Part shown: one piece after another, positions 10,216-21,104 of the stretch
Position numbering within the stretch: position 1 is the stretch's first letter
Layout of the letters: every line of letters begins with the position of its first letter
NCBI GenBank assembly: GCA_050293845.1
Contig: JBNKNM010000012.1
Coordinates: forward strand, 12,566 to 64,722
Source: Pseudobacteriovorax sp.
GTDB lineage: Bacteria > Bdellovibrionota_B > Oligoflexia > Oligoflexales > Oligoflexaceae
DNA length: 52,157 bases
Reading direction: 5' to 3'
Position numbers and translations under genes: made by a program
The notes under the pieces: generated by a model
The model's database searches: none
What the model was told of the DNA's origin: nothing
What the model saw: the letters and a program-made list of their open reading frames with translations, nothing else

Positions 10216-12747
10216 TTAATTACGCACCAATTTAACAGTTCGAATAGATTGCCGACTTAATTTGTTACCAATAGCACGAACCCCTTTAGGAGCAACAACA
10301 TCCGATAGATAGATAGATTCCTTTTCAGGAGTACCTCGCTTTCCTTTTTTAAAGCTCACTTCCACTAGTGGCTCAGGATTAAAACTCAGAATAAGAAGCT
10401 TGCTGTTATCTTCTGGATTAATAAAATCCTCGCGCTTACCAGTAGAAAGTTCTTCTAAGCGGAATCGTTTTACATAATAATCGCTCTTTTCACCATGAAA
10501 ATAAACCACACTGATAATTTGATCTTCAGTGTATTTTCCTACATGCAGTAGATTATCATCAAAGTATATATCAACACTGGGATGATAAACTTCAATAGAA
10601 CCATTTTTATATAGTGCAAAAATTAAATCTGAAGCTGTAAATGAACCAAGTTGTTGTCCTTTACCCTCTGTATTTAAACGACGGCTGCTTTTATCAAACC
10701 AAAAATCCTGAGATATATCTTCTAGCTCTGTCCTTTGTAGCATTTCCACTTTCTTTACCGATTCTTTAGTAATCAGTTGTCCGCGCACACCTCGGGTTTG
10801 AATAGGTAACTCATCAAAGCTTACGTCAATTGAAGATGGCTTTGTGCGACCATGGGTATTCAATACCAGTTCTACCGTTTCGTGACTATCAGGCTTATTG
10901 ATACTCAGATACAGAATACGACTGCCTTTACTACCTTTAGTCAGATCATATTCACGATCACGAGTTATGCTTGGAATAGGAAAGCGCTTGGCATAAACGG
11001 GTCCTCCCCTTCCTTCTTGGTAGATCACATGGTAAATCGTTTCACTATCTCCCCTTGTAAATACATGGGCTTCAATAATATTTTTCCCTATAAAAACTTT
11101 CTCCGTTACTTTCACCACTTTAAAATGTCCGTCACGAGTAAATGCCAGTATTTCATCCAAATCGGTACATTCGGCTAACAGTTCATCCTTTTTTAAAGAT
11201 GTCCCGATGAACCCTTCACGCCGGTTCACAAAAAGCTTATGGGTGGCAGCGGCAACAGCTTTTGCTTCAACTTGCTGGAATGATTCGATCCTTGTTTTAC
11301 GATCTCGGCCTTTACCATATTTCTTTTTAAGGTGTTTGAAATAATCTATACTGGTCTTCACTAAGTTCTCTAGTTTTGATTCCACCTCACTGAGTTGTTC
11401 TTCTAGTTTTGCTATAGCCTCATCAGCTTTGTTCCTATCAAATTTTGTGATTCTCTTGATCTTAATTTCCGTTAACCGGTTTACATCTTCATCAGTAATA
11501 GGACGATATAATTCATCAACACAGTCATGAAGGCTCTTATGAATAATTGACAGAACTTTTTCCCAGGTATCCGCATTTTCAATCTTACGGTAGGTCTTAT
11601 TTTCAATAAAGATAATTTCCAGAGTAGCCATATGCAGTTTTTCTTCGAGCGATTCTTTTTCAAAAATCAACTCTTGTTCCAGAAGGCTTTTGGTATGCTC
11701 TACCGATTCAATCAACAGATCTTTAACACTACAAAAAACAGGGCTATCATCCTTAACAACACAACAGTTAGGTGAGATACTTGCTTCACAGTCACTAAAA
11801 GCGTAAAGGGCACCCACAGTTGTCAAAGGAGAAGTTCCCGGTGGTAAATGAACCAGGATTTCAACTTCACTAGCTGTATTATCCTCGACTTTCTTCACTC
11901 TTAACTTACCTTTATCATTGGCACTTAAAATCGAATCAATGAGTGAAGACGTTGTTACACCATAAGGCAGCTCGCGAATCGCTAGTGTTTTATTATCGAT
12001 GATATCTATCGTGGCGCGAACCTTGAGCCGTGATCCTTTTTTTCCATGATTATACTGAGATACATCTACAGCTCCACCAGATGGAAAGTCTGGAAATATT
12101 TCAATATCCTTGCCACGAAGATGGGCAATGGATTGGTCGAGGAGTTCATTAAAGTTGTGAGGTAGTATTTTAGTAGATAAACCCACGGCAATCCCTTCTA
12201 CTCCTGTCACAAGAAGTAGGGGAAACTTAACTGGTAGATATAAGGGTTCCATATTGCGCCCATCGTATGATGGTAGCCATTTGGTTATCTTATCCTTAAA
12301 GAGTACCTCTTTCGCAAAGTCAGAAAGCCTAGCTTCAATATAACGAGGAGCCGCAGCCGGATCACCAGTGGCTATATTACCCCAGTTTCCTTGCATATCA
12401 ATAAGCAAGTCCTTCTGTGCTATTTTAACTAAAGCATCCTCGATTGCCATATCTCCATGGGGATGGTACCTCATGGTATGCCCTATGATATTAGCCGCTT
12501 TATTGTAACGTCCATCTTCAAGCTCGTTCATGGCGTGCAATATACGCCTCTGTACTGGCTTGAGTCCATCCTGAATATTGGGAATAGCACGATCTAGAAT
12601 TACATAGCTAGCGTAGTCGAGGAACCAAGTTTCATACATATCTTCAACGAAGGAGCCACCTCCTCCATGTGAACTTCCTGCACCTCCTCCGGAACCTTTT
12701 GCTAAATGGGTATTTGATTCGGTTTTCCTGCTCAGTTCCTGTGTCAT
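10216..12747 (-). CDS. parC: DNA topoisomerase IV subunit A (Bacteroidota/Chlamydia/spirochaete-like subtype)
   Basis: [39 protein letters not shown] (catalytic Tyr); no GyrA-box seen. Confidence 0.88.
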   Translation of the reverse strand: MTQELSRKTESNTHLAKGSGGGAGSSHGGGGSFVEDMYETWFLDYASYVILDRAIPNIQDGLKPVQRRILHAMNELEDGRYNKAANIIGHTMRYHPHGDMAIEDALVKIAQKDLLIDMQGNWGNIATGDPAAAPRYIEARLSDFAKEVLFKDKITKWLPSYDGRNMEPLYLPVKFPLLLVTGVEGIAVGLSTKILPHNFNELLDQSIAHLRGKDIEIFPDFPSGGAVDVSQYNHGKKGSRLKVRATIDIIDNKTLAIRELPYGVTTSSLIDSILSANDKGKLRVKKVEDNTASEVEILVHLPPGTSPLTTVGALYAFSDCEASISPNCCVVKDDSPVFCSVKDLLIESVEHTKSLLEQELIFEKESLEEKLHMATLEIIFIENKTYRKIENADTWEKVLSIIHKSLHDCVDELYRPITDEDVNRLTEIKIKRITKFDRNKADEAIAKLEEQLSEVESKLENLVKTSIDYFKHLKKKYGKGRDRKTRIESFQQVEAKAVAAATHKLFVNRREGFIGTSLKKDELLAECTDLDEILAFTRDGHFKVVKVTEKVFIGKNIIEAHVFTRGDSETIYHVIYQEGRGGPVYAKRFPIPSITRDREYDLTKGSKGSRILYLSINKPDSHETVELVLNTHGRTKPSSIDVSFDELPIQTRGVRGQLITKESVKKVEMLQRTELEDISQDFWFDKSSRRLNTEGKGQQLGSFTASDLIFALYKNGSIEVYHPSVDIYFDDNLLHVGKYTEDQIISVVYFHGEKSDYYVKRFRLEELSTGKREDFINPEDNSKLLILSFNPEPLVEVSFKKGKRGTPEKESIYLSDVVAPKGVRAIGNKLSRQSIRTVKLVRN

Positions 12748-14597
12748 ACATCACCTTCTTCAACAAGTACTTCTTCAACACGCAAGTTTTTTATAATAAA
12801 ATGTTGCCGCTCTTGTGTATTTTTTCCCATAAAATATTTCAGCAACTCAGGGATAGGAGTTTGTTTGCCTAAAGTAATCTTATCAAGCCTCATGTCCTTG
12901 CCAATAAATTGGCCAAACTCTTGAGGTGAAATTTCTCCAAGACCCTTAAATCGGGTTATTTCAGCTTTTTTGCCAAGCTCCCTAATCGCCTCTACCCGCT
13001 CCCGCTCACTAAAACAATAGATAGTTTTTCTTTTATTTCGTACCCGGAAAAGAGGTGTTTGCAAGATGAAGACATGACCACGATGCACTAGCTCAGGAAA
13101 AAACTGTAAAAAGAAGGTCATGATAAGCAAGCGAATATGCATACCATCAACATCGGCATCCGTAGCTATAATGATTCTGTTATAGCGTAAATTTTCCACG
13201 CCATCTTCTAACTCAAGGGCATGATGCAAAAGATTGAATTCTTCATTTTCATAAACCACCTTTTTCGTCATTCCAAAGCTATTCAGAGGTTTTCCCCGGA
13301 GACTAAATACAGCCTGCGTCTGAACATCCCTAGCCTTTGTCAACGAGCCACTTGCCGAATCACCTTCCGTTATAAAAATTGTTGACTCTTCTGATCGAGG
13401 ATTCTTTTTGTTCAGGTGTATCCGGCAATCCCTGAGCTTCTTATTAAAGATATTGGCTTTTTTTGCCCTCTCGTTAGCAATTTTTTTGATGCCAGCCATC
13501 TCTTTACGTTCTTTTTCAGACTGCAATATTTTCTTTTGTAAGGCGATAGCTACCTCGGGTTCCCGGTGCAGGTAGTTGTCTAAATTTACCTTTAAAAATT
13601 CAACAACCCAGCTTCGGACTGTGGGGCCATCTTCGCTTACATTTTGAGAGCCTAGTTTTGTTTTAGTTTGCGATTCAAAAACAGGGTCTTGTACTTTTAT
13701 GCTAATGGCAGCAATGAGCCCAGAGCGAATGTCTGCGGCATCATAATCTTTCTTAAAGAATTCCCGAACTCCCTTAACAATTCCTTCCCGTAGAGCTACT
13801 TGGTGGCTTCCTCCCATAGTTGTATGTTGACCATTCACAAAGGAATAGTGCTCCTCGCCATATTGCTCTCCATGGGTAATGGCTACCTCTATATCGGTAT
13901 CTTTTAAAAATATTATTGGATAGCGAATATCCTGATTTTGCGTATTGCGCTCTAGAAGGTCCAGTAGACCTCGCTTGGAAACATAGTCGGTACCTTGAAA
14001 GTTTAAGCACAGCCCTGTGTTAAGAAAAGCGTAATTCCATGTCATTTGTTCAATAAATGAAGGAGTGAACTGATAATTCTTAAATATGGAGCCATCAGGC
14101 TTGAAAAAAACATAGGTTCCGTTTTTTTCGTTCGTATTGCGAATATTTTTTTCTTTTTTCAACTCGCCATATTCAAAAACAACGCACTTTCCCTTACCCT
14201 CGCGATAGGAACATACTTCAAAGTAGCTAGATAGTGCATTAACGGCCTTGGTACCAACCCCATTCAGACCCACAGATTTTTTAAAAGCCTCAGAGTCATA
14301 TTTACCACCCGTATTGATTTTTGAAACACAGTCAACAAGTTTCCCCAAGGGGATACCCCTGCCGTAATCCCGAACTTTAACACCATCATCTTCTATATTG
14401 ATCTCAATTCGATCACCTGCTCCCATAACAAATTCGTCAATAGAGTTGTCTATGACCTCCTTTAAAAGGACGTAAATGCCGTCATCCTCAGCGCTACCAT
14501 CCCCCAGTTTACCAATATACATACCTGGTCGTAGCCGTATATGTTCTTTCCAGTCGAGGGACCGGATATTACTCTCGGTATATTTAGTCTTGGGCAT
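12744..14597 (-). CDS. parE: DNA topoisomerase IV subunit B
   Basis: [49 protein letters not shown]; overlaps the parC start. Confidence 0.9.
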   Translation of the reverse strand: MPKTKYTESNIRSLDWKEHIRLRPGMYIGKLGDGSAEDDGIYVLLKEVIDNSIDEFVMGAGDRIEINIEDDGVKVRDYGRGIPLGKLVDCVSKINTGGKYDSEAFKKSVGLNGVGTKAVNALSSYFEVCSYREGKGKCVVFEYGELKKEKNIRNTNEKNGTYVFFKPDGSIFKNYQFTPSFIEQMTWNYAFLNTGLCLNFQGTDYVSKRGLLDLLERNTQNQDIRYPIIFLKDTDIEVAITHGEQYGEEHYSFVNGQHTTMGGSHQVALREGIVKGVREFFKKDYDAADIRSGLIAAISIKVQDPVFESQTKTKLGSQNVSEDGPTVRSWVVEFLKVNLDNYLHREPEVAIALQKKILQSEKERKEMAGIKKIANERAKKANIFNKKLRDCRIHLNKKNPRSEESTIFITEGDSASGSLTKARDVQTQAVFSLRGKPLNSFGMTKKVVYENEEFNLLHHALELEDGVENLRYNRIIIATDADVDGMHIRLLIMTFFLQFFPELVHRGHVFILQTPLFRVRNKRKTIYCFSERERVEAIRELGKKAEITRFKGLGEISPQEFGQFIGKDMRLDKITLGKQTPIPELLKYFMGKNTQERQHFIIKNLRVEEVLVEEGDV

Positions 14598-14871
14598 TAA
14601 GCTCTCCTATGTTCCAATACCTCTATCATGAGTACTCGCTAATAAGATGATATAATTAATCAAGCCGATGCGACAACGTGTCATTTTCTTCAAAACTGCT
14701 GCTCTAAGCGGCTAAAAACTATTACCTTTAATGCCTGGCATTTGTCTTGTAAAGAGTTTCAGAGATTATATGTCAATAAGGATGATTTATTTATTATTTA
14801 TAGGTAGGTCATAATCGACAGCACCACGAGAGTTTCAAGGGAAGATGAATACCCACCGTGGTGAAGTGGCA

Positions 14872-15126
14872 TTAGATAGCGTCAACCCAAATACTGAGCC
14901 AGGGGTAATCTGTTTCTGAAGAAACATCCCTTAAACCTTCATGAGCTGTACCTACGCTTAATACCCGACAACCGAGGGGATTTTCGATAGATGTCAGCGC
15001 TGCCCAATCATAGTCTGAAAGATATTTACCTGGCGAGATAAACACCGCTTCTGACCGCAACAAAGAGATGTCCTGTAAATGATGGTCATCGCGGTCATAA
15101 ATCCGAATCTTAACGGTTTGGTTCAC
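14872..15126 (-). CDS. Small hypothetical protein (84 aa)
   Basis: Strong RBS AAGGAGG just before a GTG at 15126; the longer ORF-track start at 15270 lacks an obvious RBS. Confidence 0.6.
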   Translation of the reverse strand: MNQTVKIRIYDRDDHHLQDISLLRSEAVFISPGKYLSDYDWAALTSIENPLGCRVLSVGTAHEGLRDVSSETDYPWLSIWVDAI

Positions 15127-15393
15127 GAGTCCTCCTTTTGGATCATGTCCTAGCCTGCACTTCTGTGATGAGGTTATTGAAGGGTTAAATCTGTGACTAA
15201 TCTTAGTATTATTTTTCTTATAACCAAAATCAAAGGAAAATGTAGAGCTGTAAGTTAGCAAAACTTCCAACAGGAAAGGTTTTTGACAGATTGTTGTAAA
15301 ATTTCATAGTTTAAGAACCATATCGGAATTTTTTGAAATTTATGTAGCTAAATGTAGGTATATTACGGCAATATTTTACTGAGTTTTATAAGT

Positions 15394-15422
15394 AAAAACC
15401 AAAGCCAGAAAAGGCTTTGGTT
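15394..15422 (-). terminator. Rho-independent terminator closing the four-gene exported operon
   Basis: 10-bp stem AACCAAAGCC/GGCTTTGGTT followed by a T-run on the minus strand, about 35 nt after the stop at 15456. Confidence 0.75.
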
Positions 15423-15455
15423 AGTGAAGACAATATATTTAAGTTTAGTACTTAC

Positions 15456-16866
15456 TTATTCTGCCACCTCAAGTACATCGAATCCAAAAGATAGCTTGTC
15501 AGCAGCATAGTCACTCAACCATGTGGTACCCGTAGCAGCACCCGTTTGAATGATTTGCTCAGCTCGAACCTCACTGCCACCGAAGGTTCCATCCACCAAA
15601 CTATAGGTAGCATGGTAAGATTCAAAGTCACCATTGATCAAGGGGTAAATCCCTTTAATATGAAGTGGTTTGTCCGATTCTACTCGAAGTTCTTTCACAC
15701 CGATAGCTTTCGCCTGCTCATCGCCCTGAGCTTTTTCCCAAACTGTTGCAATAATTTTAGCATTGGTACCAACAAGGTCTGAGATATCGACAGCGACATC
15801 ATAGAGCTTGGTGTTAAAGATCTCCGTATTGGGGTCAGTACGGCTTGTGATTAGCAAGTAAGCAATCTTCACCCCACCTTCCCTTTCCTGTAGGGTAATT
15901 GTTTGCGGGCCAGCCGCTAAGGTTAGAGGCTGTGGTTCCAGCACATCGTCTTGATTGAGAAGCTCTAATTGTTTCCAAGTCCAGGCATCACCCGTAGATT
16001 CTGTTTCCGCAGGAGCCTGGAAAGTGTTAGTACCATCGCTTAAGAAGTACTCGTTTTGGTCTGCGTCTAACATTTTAGTCCTAATCCAAGCGAAGTAGGT
16101 ACCTGCTGTCAAGACATCAATATTAAATGCTGCCGTACCAGCTGCCGCATCGCCCTGGTTCCTGGGATTCCCCCCCGGAGGAGCCATGATATAGCTGTTG
16201 ATCGCCCCATCAGGATCGTCCGTCAGAGTATTTTGCCACGCGAGCCATGATATAGCTGTTGATCGCCCCATCAGGATCGTCCGTCAGAGTATTTTGCCAC
16301 GCATTGGTAGTTGTAGCTATATCGATACTGCCACCAAGGTATTCATTGGGATCGATATCCAGAACATGGTCGGTTGCATCGATAAAAGCAACCTCGGCAG
16401 TTTTACCACCATCGTATGTCACCTCTGGTCGTACCCAACCGAGTTCCTCTTCGGCTCGCGTAAACCAGCTATTTATACCAGCCAACAAAGCACTGGAATC
16501 TTCCACACAGTCGCTCCAACAACTGTGTCCTCCTCTAACCCTGACGACAACTGAGGAAGAGTCTGATTTGGTGAAGCTAGCATGCTGGCCATCAGTAAAG
16601 TAGTTAAAAGATGTTTCTACATCAGGATGATGCTCTGTTTCATGGTGACAATTTTTACATTGGGCTTCCACCAAGGGATCGTATAGCTCGGCCTGAAAAA
16701 GTTCCAAACTCTTCGCTGTAAAAATTTGCTCTGAAGGATTGTCAACTTCAGTCGGCGCTCCCTCTCCACCACCGGAGCCTTTAGCTAGTTTAGGGGGTTT
16801 GGAGCAACCCATCCCAATAAGCATAAAGCTGAATAATCCTATAATCCCTAGTCTTGATAGTTTCAT
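15456..16866 (-). pseudogene. Heme-c lipoprotein with beta-sandwich domains, frameshifted by a 61-bp duplication (449 aa if one copy is removed)
   Basis: Lipobox LIGMG-C, CKNCH, GHSCWSDC. ORFs 16210..16866 and 15456..16271 share AWQNTLTDDPDGAINSYIMA. 1411-61=1350 nt = 450 codons. Confidence 0.85.
16181..16302. repeat. Exact 61-bp tandem duplication
   Basis: 16181-16241 is identical to 16242-16302 (GAGCCATGATATAGCTG...TTTTGCCACGC). Confidence 0.97.
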
Positions 16867-16962
16867 GATCCACCCTAATTACTAAACGAAAAAAGCTGTT
16901 AACTTTCCTACGTATATTGACTACCACTCTGAACTTAATCTGATTTCTTTCCAGCCTTGAGC

Positions 16963-16994
16963 AAAATCCAGAGCTTTCTACCAAGCTCTGGATT
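16963..16994 (-). terminator. Intra-operon stem-loop/weak terminator
   Basis: 12-bp perfect inverted repeat AATCCAGAGCTT/AAGCTCTGGATT just after the stop at 17010, with a short T tail. Confidence 0.65.
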
Positions 16995-17009
16995 GATCTT
17001 GTTCAGAGG

Positions 17010-18590
17010 TTAGGCTGGAGGAGCAAATGCCATATACTCTTTGTCATTGAACGGATTCGAAGCACCCGCTGCAGCCAACTGTTTTTCAAACTCTGCCATA
17101 TTACCTGAGAAGCCTGCATAGTTATAGGCTATTGCCAGAGCCAGAACGTTTGGTGAGTTTCCTGTTACTAAATACGAGGTATCTACTGCACCCGCATCTG
17201 AGAACTTACCAATTTGCGGAAGAAGTACTTCAGGCGCCGCAGCAGCACCGATAGCAAACATTAAAGCTGATCCTCGTGCACCAGAGTCAGCACGATGAGC
17301 CGTATGCCCAGCGCCGTCCTGAGCCGCTGTAGAACCATCAGAGGTAACAGCAACCATCATGGGCACGCCCTTACGGTGAGCTGTCTCTAGAGCGAGACCG
17401 ATTTCAATACCGACCATTTCATCTCGGATATTTTGCTCGCCCCGACCGCGACCATGGTAGTCATAACCACCCATTTCTATGGTAGCACCCGAAGCGAGGC
17501 CATCAGATAAAAGCTTCGCCATAACGATGGCACGTCCTTGATTTTCATCAGCCATAACTTGGTTGAATGTAAGGTTTCCGTAAGCAGCTCCTGTAATTAG
17601 AGCATCGCTGGAAGGACGTAAACGTTCTTCCGTATATTCGGTCAACAAGTCTTTTGAACCTAAGTAGCCACATGCTACCAGCGTTTGAACTTGAGATGAG
17701 AGATCCTTGGCATTAAAATTTGCTAATTTACTTTCGGAAAGTTTACCCGCAGTTTCTGCAATCTTGATCGCCGCATCCTTAGATAGACGTGTTGCAATAA
17801 GACCTGGATCGACAAGGTTCGCTAAGCTTTGCTCGTCAGAAACTAACGCCTTAGCAAGCGCTGGGTCATCACCGATATCCAACGGACGTGTACGTCCTCC
17901 AGAGTTATTTGCATCACTCTGAATAGCAAGAGTTGTTAGCGCGCCGGGAGATCGCGTCTTAGCCACCAATTGGATGGGATTCAGAGGATTGTTCCGTGAA
18001 TCGTCACCTGAGGTGCCAGCGATACCCGCTGCCCGAGTTTTGTCAATAGCTTCTTGACTCATAACCCGCTTCATACCTTGCATGATACGGCTTTCAGGGT
18101 GAAATGGTGCACCGAATGTAGTATCTAGTGTTACCTGTGTAGGGCGGAGACCATCACCGAAACCTACAGTACCATAACCTGCTGCAGCATGGGGCTCAAA
18201 GGCAGATCCGGCCGCTTGCTTGCCAAAAACCATATTTCCAGCCAAGCTAGCTCCACCGGAAAGCTCGATATGGAGATATCCGGGAGGAACAGCCGCACCC
18301 TCTACCGCTTCGCCGCCGTCAGCTTTACAGGCGGCAGCATCGATACCATAGGCACGCCTTGAAATGAACGTTAGAATACCTGGAACCGCCGCATAGGCAA
18401 GACCAGACATCAAACCAGCAGATACTAGTTCCCTTCGCGTCGTAGGCAATTTATGGTCAGGATGCAGAACAGGAGTTTTCATAGTTTTCATCAGCTCTAC
18501 TTGTTTTTTCCAAGCAGCTTCGTTAGCAGCTTTTTCTTGCGCTGCTGCTAATTTTGCTAGAGCCTCGTCTCTTCTGTTATTGAATTTCAT
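17010..18590 (-). CDS. Twin-arginine (Tat-like) exported protein, DUF1501/DUF1552-like
   Basis: HPDH..PTTRRELV followed by a hydrophobic stretch; HIELSGGA, MGGYDYHG and VTSDG resemble DUF1501-type motifs. Confidence 0.7.
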   Translation of the reverse strand: MKFNNRRDEALAKLAAAQEKAANEAAWKKQVELMKTMKTPVLHPDHKLPTTRRELVSAGLMSGLAYAAVPGILTFISRRAYGIDAAACKADGGEAVEGAAVPPGYLHIELSGGASLAGNMVFGKQAAGSAFEPHAAAGYGTVGFGDGLRPTQVTLDTTFGAPFHPESRIMQGMKRVMSQEAIDKTRAAGIAGTSGDDSRNNPLNPIQLVAKTRSPGALTTLAIQSDANNSGGRTRPLDIGDDPALAKALVSDEQSLANLVDPGLIATRLSKDAAIKIAETAGKLSESKLANFNAKDLSSQVQTLVACGYLGSKDLLTEYTEERLRPSSDALITGAAYGNLTFNQVMADENQGRAIVMAKLLSDGLASGATIEMGGYDYHGRGRGEQNIRDEMVGIEIGLALETAHRKGVPMMVAVTSDGSTAAQDGAGHTAHRADSGARGSALMFAIGAAAAPEVLLPQIGKFSDAGAVDTSYLVTGNSPNVLALAIAYNYAGFSGNMAEFEKQLAAAGASNPFNDKEYMAFAPPA

Positions 18591-18660
18591 ATTATTTCCC
18601 TTTTTATATTTGTTGTTGTTTTTTCGTTAGTCCCGTTACAGTACTTTGTTCGCATTTCTC

Positions 18661-19347
18661 TTAGTAAATAAAGAACTCAGCACTTGCTAATACAGCTGAG
18701 CAAGTTCCCATGAAGATTGCTTGCGATGCATCTCCAGTTGCCTGAATTCCTCTAAGCTCAGTGATTAAGCTACTAACACTTTCAATGTCAGTGGAACGGT
18801 CACCCTGCAAAGCTGTCTCGACGCCATAAAAAGAATCTAGCACTGTGGTTGCATACTCATTATCACCAAGAGCTGCTAATCCTGCTGCATCAGCACCTAA
18901 TCGGGCCGTCATCAGAGCTGTATCTCGGCTCATCACGTCACAAAAAGCTGCTGCTAATTTTGTTACCGCTGATACCTTAGCTGCGGATATTGCTGCCGCA
19001 TCAAAACTCTTTGGCAATGATGCCAGTTGCGCGTTAAATTCCGCTAAAAGGTTTGAGTCATTGTTATTATTGGGATCAGGAATGATGGCATTCTCACTAA
19101 TAGCGACTCCCGTAACGGTCTCGTAAGTTGCTGCCAACTGACGAAAGTTTAAAAGGCCGTAGGAAGATACCAATTCTTCTACCTTTTCCTCTTTTTCTTC
19201 CTTTTTGTCCTGGTCTTTTTGTTCAACGATAGGCTCGGCTTCTGCAGCCCCACCACCACTTACTTTACTGTTATTACAAGCAGTTCCCCAAAAGGATAGA
19301 CCTGTAATAAACGCCAAGATACTTAAATTTTTTGATACTAGTCTCAT
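18661..19347 (-). CDS. Uncharacterised lipoprotein
   Basis: Lipobox WGTA-C, charged linker, helical domain ending CSAVLASAEFFIY. Confidence 0.8.
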   Translation of the reverse strand: MRLVSKNLSILAFITGLSFWGTACNNSKVSGGGAAEAEPIVEQKDQDKKEEKEEKVEELVSSYGLLNFRQLAATYETVTGVAISENAIIPDPNNNNDSNLLAEFNAQLASLPKSFDAAAISAAKVSAVTKLAAAFCDVMSRDTALMTARLGADAAGLAALGDNEYATTVLDSFYGVETALQGDRSTDIESVSSLITELRGIQATGDASQAIFMGTCSAVLASAEFFIY

Positions 19348-19486
19348 AAGTCCCTCTTTCCTTTCTCTAGTGTAAAAAAGGTGTTATTTTGCTGAGTACT
19401 CCCCTGAGGGAATTTCAATTCATGGTTGTTATATGTTTAAAGAGCATTATTACTCTGAATCAGACACGGTTCCAAAATGGAGATCT

Positions 19487-20716
19487 TTATTCAGATCCCA
19501 CATTTGTGATTTGTAAGCTAAGGTTTTCTCCACAGGTTACGGCTGCATTTTGGAATAACTTTTTCATGTTGTAATTATCTTGTATAAAGGTCTGAGACAG
19601 GGTTTTTATGTCAGCCTTAGCCAAATTAGAGCTGTCGTCTCGCAAGCAGACTACTTCGTATACTCTCTGGGCCATACATTCAGGAAACATCGTTGTATCA
19701 GACATCGCTTGCCCCCAAGATTTAGGGCCATTACCTGACTTGATAGTTTGCGACCAACCTACATCAGAATTTGTTCCTTCATACCAAGTGTTAAGCCATG
19801 CATCATCTTCTACTGGCGCCCCATTGGGGAAGGTATCGTTGTTTCTATTTACTTTGGGAACAGGTGTTTGCGAGTAAGTCACAGCTCCAGTACCTTCATC
19901 ATTTCCTGGAGCAAAGTCCATAAAAGCAAAGGCTTTTGTTTGTGGGTCCATACCTGCATGACAACCAACGCACTCCGTACGGAATTTCTCACCATCACCA
20001 CCTGGAGTTCTATCTACATCGCGTCGCACATAGATATCAGGGCGAGTAACGTCTGATAGTTCTTCAAGATCTGCACACAAGTAGTTTATCAATGTATACC
20101 GAAATGGAGCGCGGTTGGTTCCATCATTGTAAAATACAGACCCATATCCCCTAAGAGTGTAGATACCAGCCTGCAATGGTAAACCAGTTACCGCAGTTTG
20201 AGTAGACTGGGTTAATGAAGCAGCAAGGGGAGCTTGTCCGGTAATCACTTGGGTTTCCAAGGTTGCATAAGAATTGTTATCATTTGCTGAGTACGGAAGA
20301 TTAAGTCCCGCTGCGGGAACGTATACGATATCGTCGTAAAGTATAGTACGGTAATCAAGCTCGTCTCTAATAGATCCGACGATGGTTGCCGTATAGTCAC
20401 TCAGGTTACGCTCCAATAGCTCTTCACCTTCATTCGTTTCAGGGTCGGCGAAGTTCATAACTGTGCGTGAATAAAAATAGTCGTTTTCTGTTGCTGCTTG
20501 AGCAACAGTAGCTAATGCTGCGCGCTTTTCTGCAGCAGATTTAGCACCCGCATAAGCTTGGGCCCATGTCTCTATTTCAGCTGCTGTCGGCGGAACACTT
20601 GCTAATCTTTTATAAACTGTACTTACTTTAGCTCTAGCAACCTTCAGAGCATCTTGCCCATATCCTGCGGAAGCCATTAAGCCTGTAACCAGCCCTATTA
20701 CTATTAAAAATCTCAT
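19487..20716 (-). CDS. Secreted monoheme c-type protein, DUF1588/DUF1585 (PSD)-like
   Basis: Sec signal peptide; YKRLASVPPT, GIYT..GTNR..YLC, CVGCHAGMDP, FPECMAQRVY. Confidence 0.75.
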   Translation of the reverse strand: MRFLIVIGLVTGLMASAGYGQDALKVARAKVSTVYKRLASVPPTAAEIETWAQAYAGAKSAAEKRAALATVAQAATENDYFYSRTVMNFADPETNEGEELLERNLSDYTATIVGSIRDELDYRTILYDDIVYVPAAGLNLPYSANDNNSYATLETQVITGQAPLAASLTQSTQTAVTGLPLQAGIYTLRGYGSVFYNDGTNRAPFRYTLINYLCADLEELSDVTRPDIYVRRDVDRTPGGDGEKFRTECVGCHAGMDPQTKAFAFMDFAPGNDEGTGAVTYSQTPVPKVNRNNDTFPNGAPVEDDAWLNTWYEGTNSDVGWSQTIKSGNGPKSWGQAMSDTTMFPECMAQRVYEVVCLRDDSSNLAKADIKTLSQTFIQDNYNMKKLFQNAAVTCGENLSLQITNVGSE

Positions 20717-20783
20717 CTGATATCATCCCCTTTGTCTTCAAGCACATGCATAAAGAATCCAGTTTGAACTGTCTTGGAATTCT

Positions 20784-20810
20784 ATATCGGTTTTTTCCAA
20801 AAATTCTTTA
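20784..20810 (-). promoter_or_regulatory. Putative sigma28 (FliA) promoter
   Basis: Minus strand TAAAGAAT-N11-ACCGATAT versus consensus TAAAGTTT-N11-GCCGATAA, about 70 nt upstream of ATG 20716. Confidence 0.7.
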
Positions 20811-21104
20811 GAAGATGCATAATGACAGTTAAAATCTTTTACCAAACAGGCACTTACATTCGCACTGTTTCTGGAGTATTTACATTCCAAAGAACAGATA
20901 TTTGTGAAAACTAAGATAAGCATCTAAAATCATACTGATTGCTCATCAATCAACTAACGCTTTATTATCACTCTAGGATTGGATATGAATTAAAACTAGG
21001 AGTTAACAGCCAACAATCTGTTAATCTATGACCTAAGATATTAACCGCACTGGCTGAAAATATTTGCAAACTGCTATTTAAAGTAACTATCTTTATAGCT
21101 AGGC

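Noticed and set aside
14736..14750. TGGCAT-N5-TTGT sigma54-like site on the + strand
   Set aside because: Imperfect -12 box and no + strand gene downstream
15320..15345. TCCGATAT box upstream of the small ORF (similar boxes near 26715 and 51153)
   Set aside because: No -35 TAAA/TCAAG at the sigma28 spacing
16181..16302. Repeat as a possible CRISPR array
   Set aside because: Two abutting copies, no spacers and no cas genes
16198..16603. Two + strand ORFs both starting MIAPSGSSVRVFCHA
   Set aside because: Antisense shadows created by the 61-bp duplication
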